A stretch of DNA of 63,071 bases, the filler included, from Aduncisulcus paluster (Eukaryota), in the NCBI GenBank assembly GCA_024181965.1. It is 12 parts of 12 records of this genome, joined end to end, with 100 filler letters (N's around TTAATTAATTAA, not from the genome) between each part and the next. Parts side by side here need not be neighbours in the genome. Positions count along the whole stretch, not along the records: positions 1 to 2,358 come from BQXS01011584.1; positions 2,459 to 5,430 come from BQXS01011585.1; positions 5,531 to 7,734 come from BQXS01011586.1; positions 7,835 to 11,255 come from BQXS01011587.1; positions 11,356 to 15,868 come from BQXS01011588.1; 7 more parts are not named here. The stretch is one strand, 5' to 3'. Below are positions 1-13,043 of the stretch, in pieces; position 1 is the first letter of the stretch, and every line of letters starts with the position of its first letter. The translations under genes and the position numbers were made by a program. The notes under the pieces were generated by a model, which searched no databases, was not told the DNA's origin, and saw nothing but the letters and a program-made list of their open reading frames with translations.

Positions 1-1438
1 GTATGAAATGGTGATATATTGAGGATATGAAATGATATTATTGATTGAGATTTGAGCCTAACTCAAATGTAGTATTGATTGCGTTCTATTTTCAGATGTT
101 CTATTTTGAGATACATGATTCATTTCTGAGCGTGTATTTTTTATGATTTGTTGTTTTTCATCGTATATTTCATGGTTGTTTGCTTGTTTTTATTGTTATT
201 GTTTATGGTTGTTCATTCTTGTTCATCTTTTCCTCCTTGTTCTCCGTTTTTGAAATCTGTTCTCGTGTTGATAATGTTGCTCTATTGTTGTCGTTGTGAG
301 TCTTTTGTGAGTTCACTCAGTTAACACCAACACAATCCCTGATCCAGTTATTTCTGTGGTCTTTCTGAAAGAGTAAACAACCATCTTGCAAGTTGTCAAC
401 TTCACAAACACCCATTCATAACAGTTTATTGATCAGAGACCTGAAACCAACAATATGGGAAGGAGATGAAAATGCATCATCCCATTCTCGTGCTCGGAAG
501 GCTTCGAAGTGTGAATCCCTCTTTTGCTTCTCTTTCTCCAACTCTCGACGAATCTCAAGCTTCTGTTTTGTTTTCTTCCCTTACGATGGAAATCAAAGAC
601 AAAGAACCAATAACACAAAGAAATGTCCAATATAATAAGAATATTTCCAAAAAATCGATTATTTCGATCATTTTAGACAAAAATACAAACATGATTTCTA
701 TTTTTAGAAATTCTATTTTTAGAACACACAATTTGTAATCGTCTTAAAATCGAAAATTATCCACTATTAACTTCATAAAAATCTCTCATTTATAAAGAAA
801 ATTGGTCTTCCCCTTTGATTTTCTTTCTTTCTTGATCAAGATGGAATACTGAAATTGTATTTCAATTTATATTTATTCACGTCTGCATAACGTTGATTCC
901 AACAATATTTAGTTGAAATATCCAACAAAATTTGAAGAATATTCTGAGAAGAAACTGAACCCTCACAATTTAGAGAAATCACGAACAATTTGATCTTGTT
1001 TTCAAGTTCCTCCAAATAATAAAAGGATAATCTTCAAACATATTATTTAAAAATAAAAAAATTCCAACAATAATAAAATAGAAATATTTTGTAGTATACA
1101 TAACAGTAAAAAAGGGAAGATTCATTTCCTGATGGAAAAAGAACATTGAGATGAAAAGTAAAAACAATAGCAATCAAATCAATAAAATATAAAATAAAAT
1201 AAAATAATATATAAATAAAACGAAGAAATTTCCCAATTGATACCACAAAATATGGTAAAAAAAACCGTGGCAAAATAATAATAATAGGGAAATTGCAAAG
1301 TGATTTAAAATCAGAAATCACTGCCCAATGAAAATAATAAAAAAAAAAAATATTCATGATCACACACATTACAAATCGTATCATCCGAAAGGAGATAATA
1401 AATATAAAAATATTAAGCTCACCACAAATCCACATCTT

Positions 1439-2358
1439 TCACAAGTTCTTAACAACACTGGGAACATTGACTCTAAGAACCTGATCCCGTGTTGTCGGCA
1501 TTCCCGACGAAGCCATCCCGCGTCTTCTCTTCCATTCTTCGACTCGCATCTTCTCTTCTCGTTTCCTCAGGGCCTGGATAGCAGCCTGTCGCTGATCCTT
1601 TTCCTTCTTCTTCTCCATAGCAGACTCCCATTTCTTGATTACCTGAGCAACCCTTTTCTTTGTTAACGGACCGTGTTTTGTGTGAGGAAGAAGCTGAGGA
1701 TTAGAATAGGACAAAGCGGGAGAGAAAAGGAGAGGGAATGTGGGCTGGGGAAGAGAAGGAAGAAGCGACGATGTCGAAGAAGATGAAAGTGACGAACTCG
1801 TTTGAGTCTTATCTAAAGCAGAACGAATGATATGACCACCCGAGGGTGTATTTGTATGAATTGAACCAGCGTGGGCTGAGGAAGAAACTGAAGAACGCGA
1901 CATAATGTGAGTTGTTGAACTGAATCTCACAGAAGAAGATAAAGAGGACGAAGAGGCTGAAGAGGCTGAAGAAGGGTGAGTTGAATGTCTTGTTCCAACT
2001 TCTTTAAGGCTTGAGGATGTCTGTAAATGCCTCGCAAGTCTCTTGTCGGTGCTCTGGGAGGAATTGGATGATCCCATCAATGCTTTGGGAGGGAGTACGA
2101 TGGGTTGCTGGAGAGAGGAAAGAGAAGAGGAGGAAGAAATTACAGCAGAGGCACGATTAGAGGGATGGTGTGCAGCTATCGGACGTTCCCTGGCATATGG
2201 GAATTCCGTCGTGGTGTTCTGAAACCGTTTGACTGAAGAAGTTGTGGAAGAGGAGGATTCAGAGGAAGCAGTAGAGGGAGGTGGGTGAGGAACATTACTT
2301 CTGAGACCACCATTAAAGGCCAGGTGACTGGGATTAGAGAGCCTGGGATCAGACGAAG
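1439..2358 (-). CDS. 5'-partial Ser-rich low-complexity protein with a basic coiled-coil C-terminus
   Basis: Frame is open from the contig edge to the stop at 1439; coding-like GC against AT-rich flanking DNA. No recognisable domain. Confidence 0.7.
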
Positions 2359-2458
2359 NNNNNNNNNNNNNNNNNNNNNNNNNNNNNNNNNNNNNNNNNN
2401 NNTTAATTAATTAANNNNNNNNNNNNNNNNNNNNNNNNNNNNNNNNNNNNNNNNNNNN
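2359..2458. other. Artificial contig linker (N44-TTAATTAATTAA-N44)
   Basis: Same 100-nt six-frame-stop spacer recurs at 5431, 7735, 11256, 15869, 18558, 21079, 25195, 27780, 56882 and 59830. Separate 20-N scaffold gaps lie at 39968, 44447 and 48132. Confidence 0.98.
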
Positions 2459-4301
2459 CTCATATTGAATAGAGTGTTTTGAATAATAATACAATGAGGT
2501 AGACTGACTACTACCAAGGGAATCAATGTATTTTTGACCCACATGCTCTGGATGCTCTTGATGCTCTTGATGCTCTGGACGGGCAAGTAATGATTGTTGG
2601 AATGTTTGTTGGAATGATTGTTGGGGAGAAAGAGTAGGGAGAGACTGAATTGGAGGGACAAAGTGCCTGGGTATTAGGGTGGAATTGACAGTGGCTGTTG
2701 GGAGCGTGATAGAGGTGGAGAGAGAGTCATGATGGCGTGAAGAAGAGCCCATAGTTGGAGTGGAGATGGAGTCAGATCCAGATATAGAGGCGTCATATGT
2801 GTTCTGAGTGGATTGCTGCTCATCATGAATATGAGAGCCCTGGGAGGAGGAGGAATGAGTAACCGTGGGTCCATATAGATGGGATTCGGTGGTATCGAGA
2901 GAAGCATCCGGTTCGTTTTCATGCTCATCGTGCTCAATATTATGATTCCTGAGAGAAAGCTTCTGGAGAGTGCCTTGAATCATCCTGGGAGAGGCTCCTT
3001 CATATCTAGCTGAGTGAGATGTCCTTCGAGATGAGTTGTGTGAGGAATGTCGTGAGGAGTGTCGAGAGGAAAGAGAGTGAGTTTCGGAGGAGACTAGACC
3101 ATCCTGGGAAGTGTGGGATGAAATCAGGGGGGACATATCTCGATGTATTGGGATGGAATGCAAAGAGGACGAGAGAGAGGCACGATGAGAAGAGTCTTGG
3201 GATGGAGGGGATTCTTGGATATCCTCTGCAGAAAGAGAGTGAATGTGGGGCGTGTCATGTGGAATCTCTTTGATGTGAATACGCTCGTTGGTACTAGTCG
3301 AAGAGGTTAAAGGAACAACTGGAATTGATTTCGCAACTTTACAACGAGAATGGACTTTTTTAATGGGTTCAGAACCATTGGGACTTTTCTCTTCACTAAT
3401 ATCGGAAGAACAGCTTTCGCCAGAGCTATATTCAGAGGCAGAACATCCTTCACTGACGTGAGAAGAATGCGGAGATGACGATTCTTCATCCAGATCTTGG
3501 CCATCAAACACATTTATCTCAACTTGGTGAAGAATAGCTTTTCCATCTTCATCGGTAATTTCATCATCGTCTTCATCATTATTATTATAAGAGGAATCAT
3601 ATTTTGGCTCTTTTTGTTGCTTTTGAAAATGAGATGCTTGATCACTTGTCTCACGACTAAGAACAACATTCTCAGGCTTGAAAAGAAATAAATTGAGAAT
3701 ATAAGATAAACTATAACACTTATATACAAATTATATACCTGATAACAATCAAAATAATTAAACATACCTTAATATCGAGGTGTATAATATGCCTTCTATG
3801 TAAACCGAACAATCCAATTAAAATATCTCTTGAAACTGGTTTAAGGAAGTTACAAGAGAGTCCTGTTTTAGAAAATTTTAAAAGTTGTAATAAATCATAT
3901 CCAAGTAACTCAAAAACGAAACAAGGATGTTTATGAAAAGAAAAAGAGTAAAAATGTCGACAAACTCTGGACTTTTCCCTATTATATAGAGGTCCTTCAT
4001 CCTTCCAGAACCTATTCCAAATACTATGCATAACATTAGCTTGGGCAATGAAACGAGATTCTCTATTAACTATTTTAATGGCATATCGATCACTTCGGGA
4101 AGAAACATCAACTACTTCAACTACTATTCCATATACTCCCTTCCCTAATATGCTAATAACTTCATAAGTATGCTTTTTTGGATGACCATGTCTATCTTCA
4201 CAAAGAATAAGTCCTTCTAATGATTTCTGGGGTTTTCCACCTTCATCTACTATATCACTCATTGTGTCATGTTTAGCTTTTGGATTACAGAATGAATCCA
4301 T
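2459..4301 (-). CDS. Yak1/DYRK-like CMGC protein kinase, N-terminal half (subdomains I-VIb) plus a >400-aa disordered insert; 3'-partial; exons 4301-3768 and 3676-2459
   Basis: LGKGVYG, YAIK, HPCFVFELLG. Splicing out 3677-3767 restores the catalytic loop HLDIK|PENVVL and joins in frame to ORF 2411..3511. Confidence 0.88.
3677..3767 (-). other. Spliceosomal intron (91 nt, phase 0)
   Basis: GTATGT donor, TTTTCAAG acceptor, AT-rich; removal rebuilds the HxDxKPEN motif. Confidence 0.92.
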
Positions 4302-4535
4302 GCAAGGTGATAATTGTTTTTTTATGAGGGGAAATATTTTGAAAAGTGAAAAGGAACTTTATTTAGAAAATAAATCAAAAACATTTTAATATTGTGGTTA
4401 TATTTATTTCAATATTTTCTTTAAGATTAGTTCCCTGGAGCTATTTTCTCCAAATCAAGCTGTGATTTGATAATGAAAACCCCAAATGCTTCAAATTTCA
4501 AAATACGTGAGAACAAATCATATTATCAGTGAGAA

Positions 4536-4937
4536 TCATAACTTCCATCCAATATTTCCTCTGGAAAAAGATGCTTCAATGAAACATGGAGGAGGAGTGG
4601 GGATATCTTCGGTATATATAACAAGTTTATAGGAATGTGCTCTCTTGGAAACGGTTAATCCAATGATGTCATCAGGAATGGCCAAGGGAGATATTTTTAC
4701 AACCCCATCTTCCCTAACGGAACAAGAGTTAGGAATAGCCACAAGAAGACCTACTTTAAATTGAGCTAACTTTTCTTCCCACGCTTTGGATGTTCCTACT
4801 ATTTCTAATATACCATACTCCGGCTCAGAATCTCTAGATTTATGTATTGCCACTGAAAATTGGCGTATTTTTGTAAAGAAACAATTATAATATGGAATAA
4901 ATGAATAACTGAGTTTCAATATTGTACATTCATCCAT
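4536..4937 (-). CDS. Hypothetical protein (133 aa)
   Basis: ATG-initiated ORF with globular composition filling the gap between GDH and the kinase. Confidence 0.6.
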   Translation of the reverse strand: MDECTILKLSYSFIPYYNCFFTKIRQFSVAIHKSRDSEPEYGILEIVGTSKAWEEKLAQFKVGLLVAIPNSCSVREDGVVKISPLAIPDDIIGLTVSKRAHSYKLVIYTEDIPTPPPCFIEASFSRGNIGWKL

Positions 4938-5078
4938 TCAAAATATTGTCAAACCCTTCATTGAAACAAAAAATTCAAATCCAAAAAGGCGCTGGCCATG
5001 AAGATTTTGATATTGGGGAAGAAAAATAGATGCACACGAGATTATTTATTAACAGATTTTATCATAAATGCTTGAAAA

Positions 5079-5430
5079 TTAACAACAGCCCTGGTCGAGC
5101 ATGGAGTCAGCAACCTTCTTGAAACCAGCAATGTTGGCTCCGAGTTGGAAGTTACCCTTGGCACCGAATTCCTCAGCGGTCTCAGCACAGTTCTTGAAGA
5201 TGTTCTGCATGATTCCGAGGAGCTTGGCATCAACCTCTTCACGAGTCCAGGAGAGACGCATGGAGTTCTGACTCATCTCGAGACCAGAAACGGCAACACC
5301 ACCAGCGTTGGCAGCCTTGGCGGGACCGTACAAGAACTTGTTGGCGTGGTAGATCTCGATGGCCTCGTTGGTGGAAGGCATGTTGGCACCCTCACAAACA
5401 AGGAAGACACCGTTGGCAACGAGTTGCTCG
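5079..5430 (-). CDS. gdhA: NADP-specific glutamate dehydrogenase, C-terminal fragment
   Basis: EGANMPST, PAKAANAGGVAVSGLEMSQNSMRLSWTREEVD, GANIAGFKKVADSMLDQG; strong high-expression codon bias. Confidence 0.96.
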
Positions 5431-5530
5431 NNNNNNNNNNNNNNNNNNNNNNNNNNNNNNNNNNNNNNNNNNNNTTAATTAATTAANNNNNNNNNNNNNN
5501 NNNNNNNNNNNNNNNNNNNNNNNNNNNNNN

Positions 5531-5593
5531 GACTACAACATCATGAAGGATTCTACCCTTCACCTTGTTCTCCGTCTTCGTGGAGGATTCTAA
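5531..5593 (+). CDS. Ubiquitin C-terminus, probably the last unit of a polyubiquitin; 5'-partial
   Basis: Translates as DYNIMKDSTLHLVLRLRGG-F-stop. Confidence 0.92.
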   Translation, partial: DYNIMKDSTLHLVLRLRGGF

Positions 5594-6137
5594 GTTTAAG
5601 AATGTTTTTCAAATCTCATTATATATCAATATCTATATCTATATATCCAATGAGTTCCACTCCATTCAACCTCAATATCAATATAATATCAATCATATAT
5701 TTATTTGTCAAGCATTTCTATAAAACTCCTTCACTTCTTCAATAATATAGGCGTCACAACCAATAAATCTCAATTTATCGAATAAATTTGCACCTCATCC
5801 AAAACCTTAATGTCGTTTCTAAGCTTTCATGGCGTTCTGAAGTATTCTAAGCAAAAACAATGTTTTGAAAACGATATAGATTCACGGAATACATCAACAT
5901 CTACAACGCTGTCCACTACAGTGGCTAGAGGCAGACTACAATACGACGTATTATCACAGCTCAACGGGACAGTGACAAGAATTGGATATATATGAAACCA
6001 AAACGCAGATTTTAAGAATGACAAGATAATTAGGGAGAATTTATCACAATTGCAAAAATGATAATCGTTATTTAGCTGGAATGAAAATGATCCAAAAAGA
6101 TATAAGTTTTATCATTTTCTTGCTACATTCGTATAAA

Positions 6138-7734
6138 TCACGATAATAGGAGAATATTCCCATTCGCTGCACCTACAATAATGCCGGAATTTGACCATGA
6201 GCACACATTAATTGAAATGCTATTTTTCAGCAACCCAACCTTTTTAATTGGTTTGATTGCCGTTCCTTTGGGTTCATAATAATCCCATATGCAAAGATCA
6301 CCTCGAGCAGTTCCACTGATGACATATTGGCCATCAGGAGAAATATCAACCTTTGACGCCAATCCAAAGGAAATTGGATCAACGAATGAGCGCCCACCCC
6401 TTGCAAAGGAGAAACTTCCATCCGATTTACGGCAGAAAAAAAGAGAATATATTTCAAAAGTGGAACTCTGTGCAAGGAAAATATCTTCGGTCGGATGCAG
6501 ACAAAGAGATGAAAGTGGAGGAATTGTTGGATCCTGAAGTTCATGAATTGTAATACTACAGCCAAGTTCCCACAATCGAACAGTGCGATCGTCACTGACA
6601 CTGATAAATTTAACAGCGGGACGAGAGAATCTATTTTTAGACCCTGGTGAATATTGAGGAACGCCAGAATCAGAAATGTCATCCGAAGAATGCAAAGATT
6701 TGCCGGATTTCTTTTTCGATACTAGTTTTGCACTAAAATTGGATTTTTTCTTTCTTCGATCGGAGATAGTTTTTGATTTTGTGGACATTGAAAGGGGTTG
6801 TCCAAATCCCCTTCGTAAGTTCCCTGATGAAATTACCCGAGTTTCTTCAGGAAGGAAAAGAATATCATTGACATTCATGGTATGATCATCATATATCATT
6901 GAAGGAAGGATTTCTCCCGATTTATCGGAATAACCTGTTCTATATTTAGGATCTTTATAAATAGATATCGACCTTCCTTCATCAACAGATACCCCAATAC
7001 GTCGAATTGGAGCAATAAAATCGGTGGATTGATATGCCTGGGCTTCCATTTGTTGTGGAGATTCATCAGATACTGGTTGTCTTTCTTCTTCTTCTTCTTC
7101 TTTCATTGGAGCTTTGTGTTGTTGAGAATCTGAAGAAACACCAGGATCTTTGATGTGATATTCAAGTATTTTCCCATTACGAAGACCAATCAGGAATAGC
7201 CATGGATTTGTAGGACTGAGGGTGACGCATGAGGGATAAAATGGGAGTAAAAACGAGCACACAACTCTTTCCTCAACTAAATGCCACATTACAACACGTT
7301 TATCATTGCGTCCGACCGAAACAATCTTTGTCCCGTCACAGGTGCACTTGCAAGAGAGGACAGCAGACGAATGAAATTTGAAGGATACGAGGGGTGGCAA
7401 GGGACTGGATGAGGTTGAAAGAGACGCACTTGGTTGATGGGTTTGTATACTTTGAGGGTGTATTTCCCATAAATAACTCATTCCATTACTATGGGAAGAC
7501 AATAACAAGCAAGTAGATGGAGAAAGAGACAAAGATGTGACCGATGACATCCAAGTGTGAGACTCTGAGGAAATAACAGTGTGAGACTCTGAGGAGAGGG
7601 CAAGGCGAGTGATTTTGAAATGCATTGTTTTCATTGATTTGAGGAAAGACACTGGTGAGCATTTACATCGAGATGTATAATGTTTGTTAAAGACATCTTT
7701 CTTCGAATGGCCAAGGAATTCAACAACAGCATCG
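6138..7734 (-). CDS. CDC40: WD40 pre-mRNA splicing factor PRP17/CDC40-like; 5'-partial
   Basis: YDDHTMNVNDILF, FISVSDDRTVRLWE, LCLHPTEDIFLAQS and FGLASKVDISPDGQYVISGTARGDLCIWD follow the Prp17 C-terminal repeats in order. Frame is open to the contig edge. Confidence 0.75.
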
Positions 7735-7834
7735 NNNNNNNNNNNNNNNNNNNNNNNNNNNNNNNNNNNNNNNNNNNNTTAATTAATTAANNNNNNNNNN
7801 NNNNNNNNNNNNNNNNNNNNNNNNNNNNNNNNNN

Positions 7835-10800
7835 AGGTCACGAATTGTCAAAATGGATCTATCCAAATATTCTCCTTCTCTTCCTTCTTCTTCTTCTTCT
7901 TCTTCCTCTTCCTCTTCCTCTTCCTCTTCCTTGGTAATCGAACAATGTCTTTCACCTTTATATCTGTATTCTTTTACAACTCTAAAGATCAGTGAATTGT
8001 GTTTGGTGAAAGGAGAGTATTCTCGGGCTATAAAACTTACGAAGGGGTTAATTGGAATAATCATTTCATGGATCAGAAGATTATATGGTCCAAAAATAGA
8101 TCAGCAATCAGTTGGTGAGAAAGAAAGAACAATGAAAGACATTAAGAAGAAGAATGATACAAAGAAAGAGGAAGAGAAAGTATTGTCAAAGAGAGTAAGG
8201 TTTGAGGAAGATGATACTCTAATTATAGAACATTCTGAGAAACTAGATCATTCCCATCCTCATATTGCTGGTATTTCTGGTGCTGCATCTTCAACATTGT
8301 CTTCTCCATGCTTTTCTCCAACACCAAAAGGAATTCTTAGAAATCACATCAAAATTAGCAATAATAATAATATTGATTTTTCAAAATACAAGGAAGAAAA
8401 AGAAAAAGAAAAAGAAGAAGAAGAGCATCTTGATGATATTAAAGTTAAACAACATCTGAAACAGCATCTCACTAAAGAGCAATTATTAGCTTCATATTTA
8501 CTCCTTATTCCTCTTATTCACTCGTTAAACTCTCTTATCGATGCTGTCTGTGCTGCGATATATGATAGATTGTGTAGCAATCGACGTTCTATTGTTTCTC
8601 AAACTATTCTATTTTTAGAACAAATAAGAATGAAGAAACGGCGAATAGGCGATGAATATAATATTTGTGTTAAAGAAAAAAACAAAAATAATATGACAAT
8701 CTCAAGATCAAAAAAAGAAAGAGATAAGGAAACGAAAGAAGAAACGGAAGAAATTGAAGAAGAAAAAAAGATGGAGGATTCGGAATCTGATTTTCCATTT
8801 TTATTTTCTCACAATATGTTTAAAAATAGAACACAACACACAGCCTCAGCCTCAGATATTACTATCGATTCTTCATCATTCTCTTTGAGATCTCAAACTT
8901 TAATGGAGATTTCTGCCCTATTTCATACAATTTTCTCATCTCTAAAAATAGTTCGAGAATGTGGAATGTGGAATTGTATTGAATTTACCGAAGAAGAAGA
9001 GGAAGAAGAAGGAGAAGAAGGAGAAGAGAGAGAAGAGAGAGAAGAGAAAGGGAAAAGCAAAAACAAAAGATATTTTCATAACAAAAGAAAAATGAAGAAA
9101 TTCAAGAAAATGTTAAATTATGGCGATAAACGTTCAGATTCATCAAAAGCTGATGGAATCTATGATTATATCTATTCTCCTTCTTCATCCTCTTCCTCTT
9201 CCTCCTCTTCCTCTTCCTCCTCTTCCTCTTCATCTTCCTCCTCTTCTTCCTTTGCAAATAGCTTACCATCTCTTCTTTCCGCTTTCTTATCGCAGCTTCA
9301 CGAACACGTATTGTGCCTTGGAATATCATTTTCTTTGCCTCCATTCCCTGTAGAACTCTGTGTATGGCCAGAATGGGGAAAGGAAGAGAGAAAAGGAAAA
9401 GAAGAGAGAGAAGAGAGAGGGGAAGAGTATTCAAACTTATGGAAATTCTTTTGGAATACGTGTCATTATTCTATTGAAGAATTGGAGGCTGGCATATGGA
9501 TTGACGGGAAGGATTTAATTGTCAATATTGGTTCAACTTCAAGAAAAAGAACAAGAGGAAGAGGAAGAGGAGGAGGTAGAGGGGAGGAAGGTGAGAAAGA
9601 TCTAAAAATAGATACACCAATAATACGACATTTGGATGGTTCTCCTCCAAAACATTTTGCAAAACTCACACAAGAATCGAAGAATAGTAATCTTTTGTCA
9701 ACTATGACTTGTCTATTTCCACATTCTTCATTTGCTATTCCTTTTCAACTTTCTCACGAATTTGTCGCTTCAAATTGTGCTTTTATAATCGATTCAATAA
9801 GTGGAATTCCTTATTCAGGTACCTCACTTTCTCATATTCAGAAGTGTATTAATAATAATGAGTCGTCTATTTTTAGACACGGTGAGAAACAAGAAGAAAC
9901 ACAACAGAACAAAGAACAACGACATGTAAGTATTATTGGAGATTCTGAGAGTGAAAGTGAGAGTGGAGGAGTAGTTCTGGATGATGATAGTGTATCTGAT
10001 TCTTCTATTTCTCAAGGAAATCCTAAAAATAGAAAAGAACAAGAAGAAAAAGAAGAAAAAGAAGAAAAAGAAGAAGAAGGAGAAAAGATTGGAGATAAGC
10101 TGGAACGGCAAGAAGAAGCAGAAACGAGAATGATTGAAAAAGGAAAAGAAAGTGCAAGTGCGGGATTCGATGAGGATCATTTTAACGATTCTATTTTTAT
10201 CCATTCTTTCTCATCTCATGAATATTGTGAAGATATCTATGATGACATGTATGAAATGAACAATAGAACCCTCCCAAATATGTTTTATTTTCAGCAACAT
10301 TCAGAATGGTTAAAATTGAACAGTTTTTGTGTGATTAGTAGTTGTAACGATTATCTTTCTTCTGCTTCCGCCTCCATTTCTTCCCCTGTTTCTCACTGTC
10401 CTATAAATAGACACCCATTCCCTCCTCTTCTTCCTCTTCTTTCGTCCATATCCACATCGGAATCAAGTGCAGAAGAATCATCCACGGCTATCGAAGAAGG
10501 AAAACAACTCCCCAAATTACCACCGATGCCAGATCCTGTGTTATTCCCACTTTCTTGGTGTGATTTAAATGTTAATTTATTGATTCCTCGCATAAATGGT
10601 TATGAATCCGGGTATATTTTCACTCATGATGAAAGTACAAACAAAACAACCATTCATCGGTGCTCCTCTTCTTCCTCTTCCTCTTCCTCTTCTTCTTCTT
10701 CCTCTTCCTCTTCTTCCTCATCTTCCTTCTTCTTCTTCTTCTTCTCCAAGGATGCCATTATGTGATGTAAAACCTTCAGCAATGGAGTCCATTTCACCTC

Positions 10801-11255
10801 TGACACACAAATTATTTCCAACAATTTTACCTGATTCTCTATCTTTCTGCTTTCCTTCCTGCTCAAAGTATTTCGATCCATTTCAAGTCACACTGAAAAG
10901 AATGAAAATGGTGGACTCAAAAAGTTCTATTTTTAGAACATCAAAATCGGTGCGGAAGACGACATCCTCAAAATCTAAACCTCAGCATTCGGTGAGAAGC
11001 AAAAGAGAAGAAGATAGTTTTGAAGAAGATAGTTTTGAGGAAGAAATGTTTGTAAATAATTTTGGAAAAAGACGATCTTCACACCCTTCTACAAGTTCTA
11101 AAAATAGAAATAGAGAAAGAGCAAAAGAAAGAGCAAAAGAAGATGAAGAAGATAGTTATGAGGGGGCAGGATTTGATGATGATTTTGATGTTTCAATCGA
11201 AGATAGTAGTAGAAAGAAAGAAAAGACAAAAGAAGAGTCTGATCATGGATCAAAG
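7835..11255 (+). CDS. Large low-complexity (poly-Ser/poly-Glu) hypothetical protein, partial at both ends, with an apparent indel in the TCT/TCC tract near 10725
   Basis: ORF 7853..10765 changes from poly-S to poly-F inside a microsatellite, and ORF 10596..11303 continues naturally as SSSSPRMPLCDVKP. Confidence 0.7.
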
Positions 11256-11355
11256 NNNNNNNNNNNNNNNNNNNNNNNNNNNNNNNNNNNNNNNNNNNNT
11301 TAATTAATTAANNNNNNNNNNNNNNNNNNNNNNNNNNNNNNNNNNNNNNNNNNNN

Positions 11356-12028
11356 GAGAGGAGCAAGACGTGACTCCGAGCTTCTGGAGCTGGTAGCCTT
11401 CGAGAAGGCTCCTGAGACTCTCGAAGAAATTGCCCACCAGGCCAAGAAGACTGAGGAGAAAGCAAAGGAAGTTGAAGAGACTCCGGAGCGGAAGGAGCTC
11501 AGAGAGAAGACTCTCGAAGTAGAAGCCCTCAGATTGAAGATGGCAGAATTGGAGGATTTCAAGAGGAATGCTGAGTTGGAGGAGATGGCCGAGTTGGAAG
11601 AGTTCCAGAGGAACACGAAGTTGGAGGAGATCTCCAAGAAGTTGGATGAGTTGGACTCATCAGAGAAGAGGAAGGCAGAGCCTCCTACGGTGAAGGGGTC
11701 CAAGCCAATCAAGGAGGATTCCATGCCGGATGACGGGAAGACAGTACACGCGGAAGGAGTATCATCTGCATTCAACTGGATGGATAACTCTGACGCAAGG
11801 TTCAAGCGCCTTGAGGACGCAATAGTGAGCCTACAGAAAGAACTTGCTCTAGCAAGAAGAGAGAAGTTGCTTGACGACTGGGAAGACCCAATCACTAGCG
11901 GGACGCCGAAGCAGCGAAAATCCCTGTCAAACTCGGTACTATCAACGATATTTCCAAAAAAACAAAAGGAAATTAGTGGATATGAATGGAAAATGGTGGT
12001 GTACGCTACCTTTCATCGTACAAAATAA
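11356..12028 (+). mobile_element. Possible retroelement Gag-like / coiled-coil fragment
   Basis: GC-richer open frame with LELVAFEKAPETLEEIAHQAKKTEEK, resembling the P-x-T-L-E-E-x-x-x-x-A capsid C-terminal motif, followed by a duplicated charged heptad. Lies in a TE-rich contig. Confidence 0.3.
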
Positions 12029-12319
12029 GAAGAAAACCGGGAATATATCCGTTATTTTTGTAGTATTACCCTCCCAGGGTCCAAAACCACTTCAAAAATC
12101 TTTCGTTCTCAAACAGCTTACTATAGCAAGGAAGAAAATAATTTCCCTAGTTTCGGCTGTACATAGAGCTAAAAAAATCCATTCGAGTCGAGTCGATTCT
12201 GAAAATGACAAACAATCAACGCCTCCGAAAGATAGTGAACATGACCGTTCTATTTTTAGGCCTGAGAGAGATCTCCAAAGTCCCCAAAGCACATCAGAAA
12301 CACCCTTAATCGTTCTACT

Positions 12320-12619
12320 GTGCCAAAAGGGATCCTTCTCTTTGCAGACGGAGTGGCAACTTCTCTCGGTGGTCACACCGCTCTGTCCATTAAGATTACC
12401 CTTTGCAACATAAAAAGCCATGTAAGGGACATGAATGCCTCATGGAGAGAAGTCGCAATCTTTAGAGAGGCCCGATCAGTAACAAAAACTGCAACAAAAA
12501 TGATCGAGAAAGAAATCAGAAAGCTACATAATGGAATTATCATCAACATTGGGAGGGAAAAGGTTCTGATGTGGATCATTCTTAAAATCATGAGGCGGAT
12601 CATTATGGTATCTGATTAA
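12320..12619 (+). pseudogene. Decayed CMC/Plavaka-like DDE transposase fragment (copy A)
   Basis: GILLFADGVATSLGGHTALSIKITLCNIKSHVR...WREVAIF...IEKEIRKLHNGIII; aligns by eye with the fragments at 15286 and 15660. Confidence 0.6.
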
Positions 12620-12883
12620 AAGGCAACGAGAAGATCCATAACGGGTACTCAGCTCAATCCACAAAACTTTGAGAAGCACATTGATGGACTGTATAGGCAA
12701 GCGAAAAGGAAGTTTAACGCAAGAACTTCGCTTAAAGATGAAGTGTTTCAGAAAATACTCTGAACACATAACACTTCTTCCCACCGTTCATGACACCGAG
12801 GTCGAGATAGTACTCACAATGATGAAGCAACAGAGAAAAGGCTTCTTCGTGTTATGGTGGATGTTAATATGTTCGAATGCTCT

Positions 12884-12962
12884 ACTGTACTAGACTGTAC
12901 TAGTGCGCATTGCGCAAAATCTGTATAGATTGCGCGCAACTGCATAGTGCGCATTGCGCAAA
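12884..12962. repeat. GC-rich palindrome / direct-repeat cluster
   Basis: ACTGTACTAG x2, TAGTGCGCATTGCGCAAA x2 (about 12901 and 12945), and TTGCGCGCAA between them. Confidence 0.85.
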
Positions 12963-13043
12963 GAGACTTAGAACTGGTAGACACGGGTAAAATTTTTTAC
13001 TTTTTTACGCTATTATAACTTACACACCTTTTAGTTTTTTTCA

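Noticed and set aside
300..640. Coding-like minus-strand segment (KQKLEIRRELEKEKQKRDSHFEAFRAREWDDAF)
   Set aside because: Interrupted by stops and frameshifts with no recognisable family. It may be a pseudogene remnant, but I cannot support a call.
2403..2414. Recurrent TTAATTAATTAA palindrome
   Set aside because: Always centred in N runs, so it is an artificial linker. Gene adjacency across linkers has no biological meaning.
10690..10765. Possible programmed frameshift
   Set aside because: It falls inside a TCT/TCC microsatellite, so a sequencing or slippage indel is the simpler explanation.
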